The notes beneath the pieces were generated by a model, which was not told the origin of the DNA, made no database searches, and worked only from the letters and a program-made list of their open reading frames with translations. From NCBI GenBank assembly GCA_963514005.1, contig OY740796.1:14198001-14262000 (forward strand): DNA of 64,000 nt, written 5' to 3'. The position numbers and the translations under genes are program-made. This document shows, piece after piece, positions 36,171 through 47,087 of this stretch (the stretch's first letter is position 1; every line of letters begins with the position of its first letter). The stretch comes from Raja brachyura (taxonomy: Eukaryota).

Positions 36171-36229
36171 GGGCCTAGACAGGCGAAAGGTTATCAGACT
36201 CCAGCGCAGGAAGCAGGAGAATGTGTCTG
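36171..36229 (+). CDS. SETD5: SETD5 coding exon 4 (GLDRRKVIRLQRRKQENVS)
   Basis: cacag| acceptor, G|gtaagt donor, 59 nt, phase consistent. Resembles human KVIRLHRRKQDNIS. Confidence 0.93.
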
Positions 36230-37445
36230 GTAAGTAGAAAAAAGTTAATTTAGAAATTTACTTTAGCCCATATTTTCTTTTATTGATACTAACTGACATC
36301 AAGGAAAATAATTATTTGACATAACTGTTATGATGTTTTTTCTGTTCCATTTGTATTTTGTATTTTAAAGAACTATTAATGATTTCACTGACCAGCTTGG
36401 AGTTTTTCCCTGTATATCATTGTGAAAGTCAAATACATATTATGAATCGGTTAACATTCAGCTGAAGTGCATTTAAATTTCCCTACACTATTGATGGTTC
36501 CATTCTTCCACGATTGTACATGTGTTTCTTATATTTTTAAAAAGCAAGAAATTTCACAGAAATATGAATCATTGACATTGTGATGCATTGTATACTTCAG
36601 CTGTTGAATATTTTAAAAGCTTGCAGTGCTGTTACATTTTTTACAATTGTTTTATTGTTCATGAGCTATTCTTTTTAAAAAAAGCACTTGCCCACTACCA
36701 CACTGCGGCACCTTTTGCAGGTCAAAGTTGGACAAGCCTAGTGTTTAAAGGTTTGCTTAGTTCTGTGTTGTAGCTCCCATTTAGTTTAGATTCATTATTG
36801 TCCTGTGGACCAAGGAAGATTGAAAAGCCTTGTCAGACATGCTATCTAAGCAAATTAGATAATAAAGATAAATCCAATCAAGCCAAACTCAAGTACAATA
36901 GGTAGAGTGAAAAATACCGAGTGTAGAATGTAGTTATCAACATTGTAGCGCAACAGTTCCTGAAACGGGTCTAATGTCCGCTCTGAGGCAGAGGAGAATC
37001 AGACTGTGCCCAAGCTTATGGAAGGACGGTTCAGAGGCTTGATAATAGAGGAGATGAACCTGTTCCTGAGTCTGGTGGTACGCGCTTTCAAGCTTCTGTA
37101 TCTTCTGCCCGATGATTTTCCTGTGTTAAGAGAGCTAATCACAATAGTCAGTAAATTTTGAAGTCCAACATAGATATTTGAAGTTGGAAGTATAAAACTT
37201 CAGGAAAAAATCTAAATCGTGTATCTCGCAACTTGATAGCTTTCAGAGGCACTATGTACAGCACCAAAATATTGAAGTCTTACAATGTATACATTTTTGT
37301 ACTGGTACATTTTTGTCCGAGCAAATGGATTTTAAAAAAAAATTAAAAGTGGAAATAAAGTCAATTTTTTTTGTAATACATCTAACAGAGCAGAAAAAGG
37401 AGTTGAAATGTGTACTAGTGGACATAGGGTGTAACAGAGGACATA

Positions 37446-39455
37446 GGGTTACAGAGGGACTGAAGGAAATTAACATTAAGCAGGAAATTGTGTTGGGTAG
37501 ACTGATGGGACTGAAGGCTGATAAATCCCCAGGGCCTGATAGTCTGCATCCCAGGGTACTTAAGGAAGTGGCTCTAGTAATTGTGGATGCATTGGTGATC
37601 ACTTTCCAATGTTCTTTAGATTCAGGATCAGTTCCTGTGGATTGGAGGGTTGCTAATGTTATCTCACTTTTTAAGAAGGGCGGCACAGAGAAAACACAGA
37701 ATTATAGACCAGTTTGACATTGGTGGTTGGGAAGATAGACAACAGACAATAGGTGCAGGAGTAGCTCATTTGACCCTTTGAGCCAGCACCGCCATTCAAT
37801 GTGATCATGGCTGATCATCCCAAATCAGTACCCCGTTCCTGCCTTCTCCCCATATCCCCTGACTCTGCTATTTTTAAGAGCCCGATCTAGCTCTCTCTTG
37901 AAAGCATCCAGAGAACCTGCCTCCACCGCCCTCAAGATGCTGGAGTCAATAATAAAACATGAAATAGTAGCAGTAGCAGGATCGGTCCGAGTCAGCATGG
38001 ATTCACGAAGGGCAAATCATGTTTGACTAAACGTCTGGAATTTTGTGAGGATGTAACCAGGATAATGGACAAGAGAGAGCATGTAGTGTACATGGACTTT
38101 TGATAATTTGATTATGTCCAACATAGGAGATTAGTGGGCAGAATTAGAGCACATGGTATTGCGGGTAGAGTGCTGACATGGATAGAAAATTGGTTGTCAG
38201 ACAGGAAACAAAGAGTGGGAATTAACGGCTCTTTCATAATGGCAGGCAGTGACTAGAGGGGTACCGCAAGGCATGGTGCTGGGACCGCAGCTATTTACAA
38301 TATGTATTAATGATTTGGAAGAAGGGATTAAAAGTAACATTAGCAAATGTAGATGACACAAAGCTGGGTGGCAGTGTGAACTGTGAGGAGGATATTATGA
38401 GGATTCAGGGTGACTTGGACAGGTTGGGTGAGTGGGCAGATGCAGTTTAATGTGGATAAATGTGAGGTTATCCACTTTGGTGGCAAAAACAGGGAGGCAG
38501 ATTATTATCTAAATGGTGTCAAGTTGGGGAAAAGGGGAAGTACAACGTGATCTGGGGGTCCTTGTTCATCATTCACTGAAAGTAAGCATGCAGGTACAGC
38601 AGGGAGTGAAGAAAGCGAATGGCATGTTGGCCTTCATAACAAGAGAAGTTGAGTGTAGGTGCAAAGAGGTCCTCCTGCATTTGTAAACGGCCCTGGTGAG
38701 ACCGCACCTGGAGTATTGTGTGCAGCTTTGGTCTCCAAACTTGAGGAAGGACATTCTTGCAATTGAGGGAGTGCAGCGTAAGTTCACCAGGTTAATTCCC
38801 GGGATGGCGGGACTGTCATATGTTGATAGATTGGAGCGGCTGGGCTTGTATACTCTGGAATTTAGGATGAGAGGGAATCTTATTGAAACATAAGATTATT
38901 AAGGGTTTGGATATGCTAGACGCAGGAAACATGTTCCCAATGTTGGGGAGTCCAGAACCAGGGGCAATAGTTTAAGAATAAGTGGTAAGCCATTTAGAAC
39001 GGATATGAGGAAAAACTTTTTCACACAGTTGTGAGTGTGTGGAATTCTCTGCCTCAAAGTGCGGTGGAGGCTGGTTCTCTGGATGCTTTCAAGAGAGAGT
39101 TAAAGTAGAGTAAATTTTATTTATATAGCATGTTTAAATCAACTCGCGTTCAAACCAAAGTGCTTTACATAAAAAGAAATAAAGTTTCCGTACATCCATA
39201 GAAAAATCAAAAATAACATTAATTTTATAGATTATAGAATTCAACATGAACGTTCCCCCCACAACAGAAACAAAATTTTCCACTGTGGGGAAAGGCATCA
39301 AAAAGTTAAGTGCTCTTCCTCTGTGAATCACCAGTTAAGGGATATGGGGAGAAGGCAGGAACAGAGTACTGATTGTGGATGATCAGCCATGATCACATTG
39401 AATGGCAGTGCTTGCTCGAAGGGCCGAATGGCCTATTCCTGTACCTATTGTCTAT
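37446..39455 (+). mobile_element. CR1-type LINE, decayed RT, with an antisense CR1 3' piece (37736-37933) and another insert (39103-39331) nested inside
   Basis: ORF pieces KADKSPGPDSLHPRVLKE and RPHLEYCVQLWSPNLRKD. Same family as 13048-15670. Confidence 0.92.
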
Positions 39456-40041
39456 TGAAACATGTAATCCTATTGTATTCCTTAGCTCCTCCAAAGAAAA
39501 AGAAGTGGAGTTTAAAATAGAGCAAGGAGTAAATTTGTTTTTCAGCCCTTGTTCATGAGGGGACGAATTTAGAAAAAGCAGAACATTGGATTAAATAGTA
39601 ACAATGAAGAAACATAATCAGCTATTAACGTAAGGGACTAATGTCAGTCAGGGAAGTCAGGTGAAGTAATTTGGTTTGTGAACAAATGCAGCGCATTGGA
39701 CATGCTGGCAATTCATTTCCTTGCATTTAGTTATTTTGGGTTCTAAATCCATGAACTACACATTTAACCTATTTTAGGAAAAGTAATCTTTGTTATCAGA
39801 AGGAATAAGCAATATAATGTATGTTTGGTGTTAAAATCTTAAGTGGCAGGTACTTTTGCAATTAGATGATGCAACTAATTGATGCAACTTGTGGCTCTCT
39901 TGCATGATTGAGTGCTGGTGAATTTTATTGACCTTCTGTCTCCAGCACTGGAGCACACCAAGTTTAAGGTAATTCTGCAGGCCAATCGAAGGAAATTAAC
40001 TACATAAAAAAAATATATCATGTGATTCCTTTACCTTATAG

Positions 40042-40229
40042 TTGGAGATAGCAGTGCAACCGAGAGTGGGGATGAGGAGGTGTCACCATCAACTGTGTCA
40101 TACACAGCAACGCAACACACGCCGACTAGCATCACACTCACAGTCAACCGTGTGAAGAGAACCAAGGCAAAGAAGAGGAAGAGAAGTACAGAAAAATCAA
40201 AAAATGCCCCCAAAGCCAAAAAAATAAAG
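40042..40229 (+). CDS. SETD5: SETD5 coding exon 5 ([34 protein letters not shown]...KAKKIK), includes a basic NLS-like stretch
   Basis: ttatag| acceptor, AAG|gtgagt donor, 188 nt, conserved [14 protein letters not shown] motif. Confidence 0.95.
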
Positions 40230-40884
40230 GTGAGTGTTTCAAAAAACACTTGTGCACTTTTGTCAGTACCTTTTTTTTCCCCGGGATTGCACCCACAATA
40301 TCTGAAAAGCGATGATTTATGAAGAAAATATCAAACATCTAATTTAATCAAATGAGCAGAGCCTGCATTGTCAGCACGTAGTCAAATAAATAACCAATGC
40401 AAGGCTTGTCATCATGAGTTTTTTTTTAATTTACTAGAGAGAAGGAGATAGTGCTTTTGGAAGACTTGCTCTGTAATATGCAGTTATTGAAACAGTTGGT
40501 GAAACAATCATATATGTGTAGTATACATAAGTCACAGAAGCATATTAGAAATAAAACTGATATATATCAGTGAATGGCAGTGCTGGCTTGAAGGGCCGAA
40601 TGGCCTACTCCTGCACCTATTGTCTATTGGTCTGTTAAATGGAATTCAACTTGGACAAGTTCAAGATGTTGCATTTTGTTAAGTTATTGTGTCTCAAGAG
40701 ATTGAATACGTTTTTTTAAAGAGGTGACGAAGAAGATTGAGGGCTATGCAATAGACATTGTCTTCATGGACTTTAGCAAGGCCTTGTAACTTGGTTTGGA
40801 AAGTTGTAATTCATGAGATTCGGGATAAGCTAGCCAATTGAATACAATATTGGCTAGGTTGTAATCAGAGGGTGGCAGTGAATA

Positions 40885-41243
40885 TAGCGGTATGAACATT
40901 GACTTCTCTAACTTCAAATAATCCTTGCTTTCCCCCTCTCTCCAGCCTTCACCTTCCCAGTTCTCCGACCAGTCTTACTGGCTCCAACTTTTTATCTCTA
41001 TTTGCTTTATTGGTATCTTCTCCCAGCTAACAATGATCTATTCTACATTTTCCTTGATCTCCATTTCCTTTGACCTGTTTTCGCACCTTCACACTTCCTT
41101 ATCTGTGTATTTCCCTCCCCCCCCCCCCCCCCACCCCGCACATCAGTCTGAAGAAGAGTCTCGACCCGAAACGTCAACCATTCCTTCTCTCCAGAGATAC
41201 TGCCTGTCCCACTGAGTTACTCCAGCATTTTGTGCCTATCTTC
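40885..41243 (+). mobile_element. Penelope-like element 3' end with a hammerhead core (41148-41175)
   Basis: MNIDFSNFK* ORF end, CTGAAGAAGAGTCTCGACCCGAAACGTC, 14-bp TSD GGTGGCAGTGAATA (40871-84, 41244-57). Confidence 0.85.
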
Positions 41244-41439
41244 GGTGGCAGTGAATAATTATTTTTCAGATTGGATGCTGTGATCAGTGGTATGCCGCAG
41301 GGATTGTCGCTGGATCCACTCATGTTTGTAATTATGTTAATAATTTGGATGAGAATATAGACGGCATGCTTTCTCAGCCTGCAGATGACACCAAAACCAG
41401 TGGTATAGTGGACAGAAGAATTTACAATAGGATCTAGAG

Positions 41440-42547
41440 CAGGGGTCGGCAACCTCGTGCGTAGGGGCTGGATCCCATGTCTGTGAGCGGTTGGAGGGCC
41501 GCATCAAATAAAGTTTATTTAATAAAACTTGACATATATATATATTTTTATTAATACAATGCGCTGTGAGGTTCAGGTCTGAGTGATGGGGACTTCCTGG
41601 CTCAGGGAGATCACATAATGGGGAGAGGGAGAGAGAGAGAGAGAGCCTGGGACGGAGCAGCCAGCCTTCCGCCAGTAGCTATCCGCCAACCACCACCTCC
41701 ACTGGAGGAACGCTCCCCCCCCCCCCCCCAGCGGTGCTGTCCTTTTACAGCCGCTTCCCAGTTGCAGGGTTGAAGGTGTGCCGGGTTCCGCGGAGCAGTC
41801 GCTACGAGGGTGGCATTGCTCGGCCAACTCCACTCCAGTGGACAGCCACTGTCCCTGCTGCCCCGGCGGAAAGCTGCTCCGTCTTCCCGCCCTGGGGACC
41901 GGACCAGAGTCCTGGTAGAATGTCGCCATCAGCAAACTGGACCTAGCCACCCAGCCAGAGAATGTAAATCAGCTGCCAGCAATGAAGGATAGACTTGGCT
42001 ATCCCTCAGTACATCGTTCTTGATGTTGCTGTACTGAGGGATAGCCAAGTCTATCTTTCTTGGCTAACAATCTAACCTTTGGCCTCCAAGACGCTGATAA
42101 ATACGCCCCATACAGCCAAACTAAGTGCAAAAACAACGATTTAATTTAACACATCCATTAACACAATTTAACATAAGCATCCACTACAGTGGAATCAACA
42201 TTACTCACTGACGGCGGTCCGATGTTCAGGCTAAGCATAGTTTTGACACACTCACTGTCTGCGCTTGTTCAAGGTCCACCTTTGGCTAATACAAAAAAAT
42301 AGTGGAACCGTACCCACCAATGTAGGTGCGGGGGAAAAACACTCCTGCTAGCCGGAATTGTTCCAGGGTGCGCTGAGCAGCAGGCACTGCAGCCGCTGCA
42401 AATGCAACTTCACTTTTAGATCATAGGTGCGGGAAAAAAAGTATATGACCATGGGCCGGATGACTGCGAAAAAAAACCGTCGGCGGGCCGGATGATATCC
42501 AGTTATGGGGCACATGCGACCTGGGGGCTGTAGGTTGCCGACTGCTG
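41440..42547. mobile_element. Non-autonomous hAT (Charlie-like) element
   Basis: TIRs CAGGGGTCGGCAACCT / AGGTTGCCGACTGCTG. 8-bp TSD ATCTAGAG / ATCTGGAG matches the nTCTAGAn Charlie target preference. Confidence 0.88.
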
Positions 42548-43956
42548 ATCTGGAGCAACTGAAAGTGGGCCAAGGAATAGCAGAAATTAACTCCAACAAG
42601 TGCAAACTGTTGCATTTTAGTAAGATAGACCAGAGTAGGATTTGCACAATAAATGCAGTGCTCTGGCGAGCTTGTTGTAGGTACATATAAGTATGTAGAC
42701 CTCTGCAAGGGGCAACAAAGACAAATGGTGGTGAAGATGGCATTTGCCATGTTTGTCTTCATTGGTTAGGGCATTAATTATAAAAGTCGGGAAGTCATGT
42801 TACAACTGAATAAGTCAGAGGTGAAAACAAACGTAGAATATCTTGTGCAGTACTGGTCACCGAACTGTTGGAAGAATGTCATTGAATTGGAAAGGTTGTA
42901 GGAAAGATTCACAAGGATGTTACTAGGACTAGAAGGCTTGGATTACTAGGATAGACAGGGTATGAGCGGTATTGATAAATTGAATGGCCAGAGTCCCTTT
43001 CCCAGCGTAGGGGAGACTAAAACGAGAGCCCATAAGGTTATGGTGAGAAGGGAAAATTTTAAAAGGAACGTGAGGAGCTAATTTTATTTTTCACAAACTG
43101 GGTGTGGGTATGAGGAACAAGCTGCCAGAGGAAGTCGTAGAGGCATTTGAGCAGCTACGCGAGAAGGAAAGGGATATGGGCCAAGCACAGACAATGGAAC
43201 TTGGTCAGGTAAGCAACTTTGTTTGCATGATGAGTTTTTCATGCTATATAGCCCTTTGACTCTGTTAAATTCCACCTGAATGTTTTAATGGTGCCCTGAT
43301 AGGTGCTACAATTGCTAATGTAAGCAATAGTTTAGCAGAATATTAATTAAACTTTACACAGATACTGCCTGATCTGAATGTTTCCAATATTTTTTGTTTT
43401 TCTTTTTGTCGCAACTTGTCCATGCAAACAAAGATGCCCCGTCTAAGCGAGTCCCATTTGAACGCATTTGGTTCTTAACCTTTCCTGTCCATGTTGCTAT
43501 CCATCCACCTCCTCTGGCAGCTCGTACCATATACCCTCCACCCTCTGAGTGAAAATGTTTCCCCCTTCAGGTTCCTATTACATCTTGCCCTTCTCGCCTT
43601 AATCCTATGTCCTCTGGTTCTTGAATCCCGTACTGCGTGCAAAAGAGTCTCTGCATTCATTCTATCTATTCCCCTCATGATTTTATACACATCTAGAAGA
43701 TCACCCCTCAGTCTCCTGCGCTCCAAGGAGTAAAGTCCTAGCCTGCTCAACCTTTCCTGAAACCTAATTTTTACTCCAAAAGTGGCCTCACCAACATCGA
43801 CGAGAAAAAGCAATGAAGCCACAGTTTGTATTAAAAGGTTTTTCATCATTTCCAAAATTCCTGTGTGTGAGCAGATTAGATGGATAATTAATGAAGGATG
43901 ATTGATTAATTAAATACACAATTCCACAATAACTGCACTGATTTTGTTGTTCATAG

Positions 43957-43995
43957 GCCTTTCGAGAAGGGTCCAGAAGATCTATGAGGATGAAG
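43957..43995 (+). CDS. SETD5: SETD5 39-nt small exon (AFREGSRRSMRMK), probably a cassette exon
   Basis: ttttgttgttcatag| acceptor, AAG|gtaagg donor, phase 0-0. AFREGSR is a KMT2E/SETD5 family motif. Confidence 0.85.
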
Positions 43996-44218
43996 GTAAG
44001 GCTCGAGAGGTTTATAATGTTAATGTTATCTCTAGAGTGAGCAATTTTAACTGAGTAATTGCCAGATTTAGTTGTTGTTTCAGCAGGAGTACTGGTCCAC
44101 TACTGTTCACATATTTAGCATGCCGTTTTATACTACCCACTCAGATACCTATTTTACAGTGTGTTTTAAACAGGTTTGGAATATAAAGTTATTATGCCAC
44201 TGAATACTGCCACAGCTA

Positions 44219-44341
44219 CAATGCCCTCCATAATGTTTGGGACAAAGACCCATCATTTATTTATTACAAATCTCGATTGTGGAGTACAGAGGCAAATAAA
44301 TAAATGATGGGTATTTGTCCCAAACATTATGGAGGGCACTC
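44219..44341. mobile_element. 123-bp internally deleted derivative of the Tc1 element at 9198-10814
   Basis: Both ends match that element's TIR (TGCCCTCCATAATGTTTGGGACAAA...TTTGTCCCAAACATTATGGAGGGCA). Confidence 0.9.
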
Positions 44342-45110
44342 TGATTTTCAAAGGCAATCCTTTTTATAAATGTTATACTCCCATCTGAGATGTATTAGGC
44401 ATCTATGCTTGGTGTTGCAGCAATACATTAAGCAGAAGAAAGGCTAGGAAAATTCATTTGGCTTTTAAAGAATGGATAGCTTAATTACAAAGAATGATTT
44501 GAAGCACAGAATTTTACATTTTATTTCAATGAATAAACATTAAAAACAAAAGAACATGCAAGTCCATGGAGAGGGATTTGGGCAGTTGCTTTAGTTAAGG
44601 ATGATCTAGCAAAGATAAAAGAGCCAAGTGTATAGGAAGGAACTGCAGAAGCTGGTTTACATTGAAGATAAAATGCTGGAGTAACTCAGTGGATTGCTGA
44701 GTAGAAGGATCTGTCTGAAGAAGGGTCTCGACCCAAAACATCACCTGTTCCTTTTCTCCAGAAATGCTGTCTGACCCGCTGAGCTCCATCAGCATTCTGT
44801 GTCTATCTAAAAGAGTCAAGTGATCTTTCTAATCCTCTGAACTATTTAGATTTATTCCCGCTCTTTCAATGAGCAAGAAGATTTAGTTGAAGCTTGTCGG
44901 CCTTTCCATAATGGAAGAGTCCTCAAGAAATGACTTGTGCTGCAACGTATAGTGAAAATAACTTTTGGAGGGGAAAATGTAAAGAATGATTTTACTGAGA
45001 AACTGCCACAATTCTGCAGATTAAAAGGACATATTCCAAAAGCAGCTATAAGGTATTGGAAGAGTTTTAAAGCAGGTGATTGAGTTTGATCAGTTTTCTT
45101 TTTAAATTAG

Positions 45111-45353
45111 AACTCATTGTCAGAAGCTCATGCATTGGATGAAAATACTGCAGAAGGTTGGGAGAACAGGATTCGACTCTGGACAGATCAATTTGAAGAA
45201 TCTTTTGCAAATCAGTACAGTGCAGATGTACAGAACCTCCTGGAACTGCATCGGTTAACCATGAAAGACTCTGTGGGCAAAGATGTTGTGTTGGACACTA
45301 TTAATAAAACGGAACTAGCCTGTAACAACACAGTTCTTGGCTCTCAGATGCAG
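45111..45353 (+). CDS. SETD5: SETD5 exon ([30 protein letters not shown]...[15 protein letters not shown])
   Basis: ORF 45117..45371, ttag| acceptor, CAG|gtaaga donor, 243 nt. Confidence 0.96.
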
Positions 45354-45603
45354 GTAAGAACAGAGGACTGACAAAGTATTAGAAATGTTCGTCAAGCGAC
45401 TGCAACTAGTATATAATTCTGATAGTATGTTTTCAATTTTAACATGTTATACTGCCTTGTATGCACTTTTTCAAAATAAATGTAATTTACTTTAATTTAT
45501 TTTCTTTCACATGTGTTTTGTGCTATTAAGCCATCAGACATGTCAGTATAAACAGGAAAATAATAATGGTGTGGCTTCAATGTTATGTTCCTCCTGTTGA
45601 CAG

Positions 45604-45752
45604 CTACAACTTGGTAAAGTCACGAGAGTTCAGCGGCATCGCAAAATTTTGAGAGCAGCCAGAGACCTAACACCAGACATGCTCATTATTGAATACCGCG
45701 GGAAGGTGATGCTGCGGCAACAGTTTGAAGTCAATGGCCATTTCTTTAAAAG
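45604..45752 (+). CDS. SETD5: SETD5 exon, SET domain N-terminal part ([49 protein letters not shown])
   Basis: gacag| acceptor, AG|gtagga donor, 149 nt, IIEYRG SET motif. Confidence 0.96.
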
Positions 45753-46036
45753 GTAGGACAGTGTCAAGTGCGAGTAACACGCTGCTAACATAATGGTAAC
45801 TGGAGGCTTGCCCTTCCTGGCTTAGTCAGTTTGGAGGAATGCTACATTAATTTATGCTAGCTAATAAGTGTATTTCCAAGATCTAATTAACCATGCCCCC
45901 TCAATTTGCCAGTCAAATGATTACATTGTTGGGTTTGCGCGTTGGTTGACATGATTTACTATCTGCTCTATGTCAAGTTAGTTTCTCAGTTTCAAATTTC
46001 CGTCATACAAACACTAAAATTGATTCTATATCTTCA

Positions 46037-46445
46037 GTAGACAAAAATGCTGGAGAAACTCAGTGGATGAGGCAGCATCTATGGAGGGAAGGAGTAGGCA
46101 ACGTTTCACGTCAAGACCCTTCTCCTGACATGTGGGCGGGGGGGGAGAGAAAAGAGGCGGAGACAGTAGACTTGTGGGAGAACTGGGTAGGGGAATGAGG
46201 GAGAAAGCAAGGACTATCTGAAATTGGAGAAGTCAATGTTCATACCACTGGGGTGTAAACTACCCAAACGAAATATGAGGTGCTGTTCCTCCAAATTGCA
46301 CTTTGGATCGGTATGGGAGGGGGAGTTGAATTGCTGAGCCACCGGGAGATTAAGTTGGTTATTGCGATTGAACAAAGGTGTTGGGCGAGGCGATCGCCAA
46401 GCCTGCGCTTGGTCTCGCCGATGTAGAGAAGTTGACACCTTTCTC
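46037..46445 (-). mobile_element. Penelope-like element fragment (GIY-YIG endonuclease C-terminus and 3' end)
   Basis: LLYIGETKRRLGDRLAQHL and LEEQHLIFRLGSLHPSGMNIDFSNFR* appear in the ORF track. Confidence 0.88.
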
Positions 46446-46684
46446 CCTCCTTCCCCTCCCCTGTGACAACAACTACCACTGTGCCACCTGTTCGGATCGA
46501 TAGCCAGGCCATATGTGATAATGGATGCCAGATCAGATTTGGATGTTTTAACTATTCCCTCCCCCTCTGATTGAATATACTATCGATATTCATTATGTGG
46601 TCTTGCATATAAAAAACACTCTTAGATAAGTAGAGCTCTTATTCAGAGAATTAAGAGGATTGCATTTGTCACTTTGGTTTCCAG

Positions 46685-46802
46685 ACCCTATCCCTTTGTG
46701 CTCTTCTACTCAAAATTCAATGAGGTGGAGATTTGTGTTGATGCCCGGACGTTCGGGAATGATGCTCGGTTCATTAGAAGGTCGTGTGCCCCCAATGCAG
46801 AG
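46685..46802 (+). CDS. SETD5: SETD5 exon, SET domain core ([39 protein letters not shown])
   Basis: ORF 46674..46880, tttccag| acceptor, GAG|gttagt donor, 118 nt. Confidence 0.96.
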
Positions 46803-47087
46803 GTTAGTCTTTTCTATTTATGTGTAAATTTATTTACTTTAACTTTATACTTGTATGATGATTGGCAAAATATCATTTAGGTGTAGTTAAAAATTATCCT
46901 TGGCCGTTATAATATATGGATCGCACTTCTAATAAAGCATTGTATTAAATTTACAACACATAAGATCTATTGCTGCTACTTCACATAAATGTTGTATTAA
47001 TGTCAGGGTTTGACCCAAACAGTGATTCAGTCAATTAGTATTTATGATGAGTTTACATAATTTAATTATGCACTGAATTGACAAGTA

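Larger units (their letters stand above)
40620..43260 (+). mobile_element. Older, diverged CR1-type LINE hosting Penelope and hAT insertions
   Basis: Degenerate MDFSKA, SGMPQG and ADDTK motifs plus a CR1 3' end, collinear across the two inserts. Confidence 0.7.
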
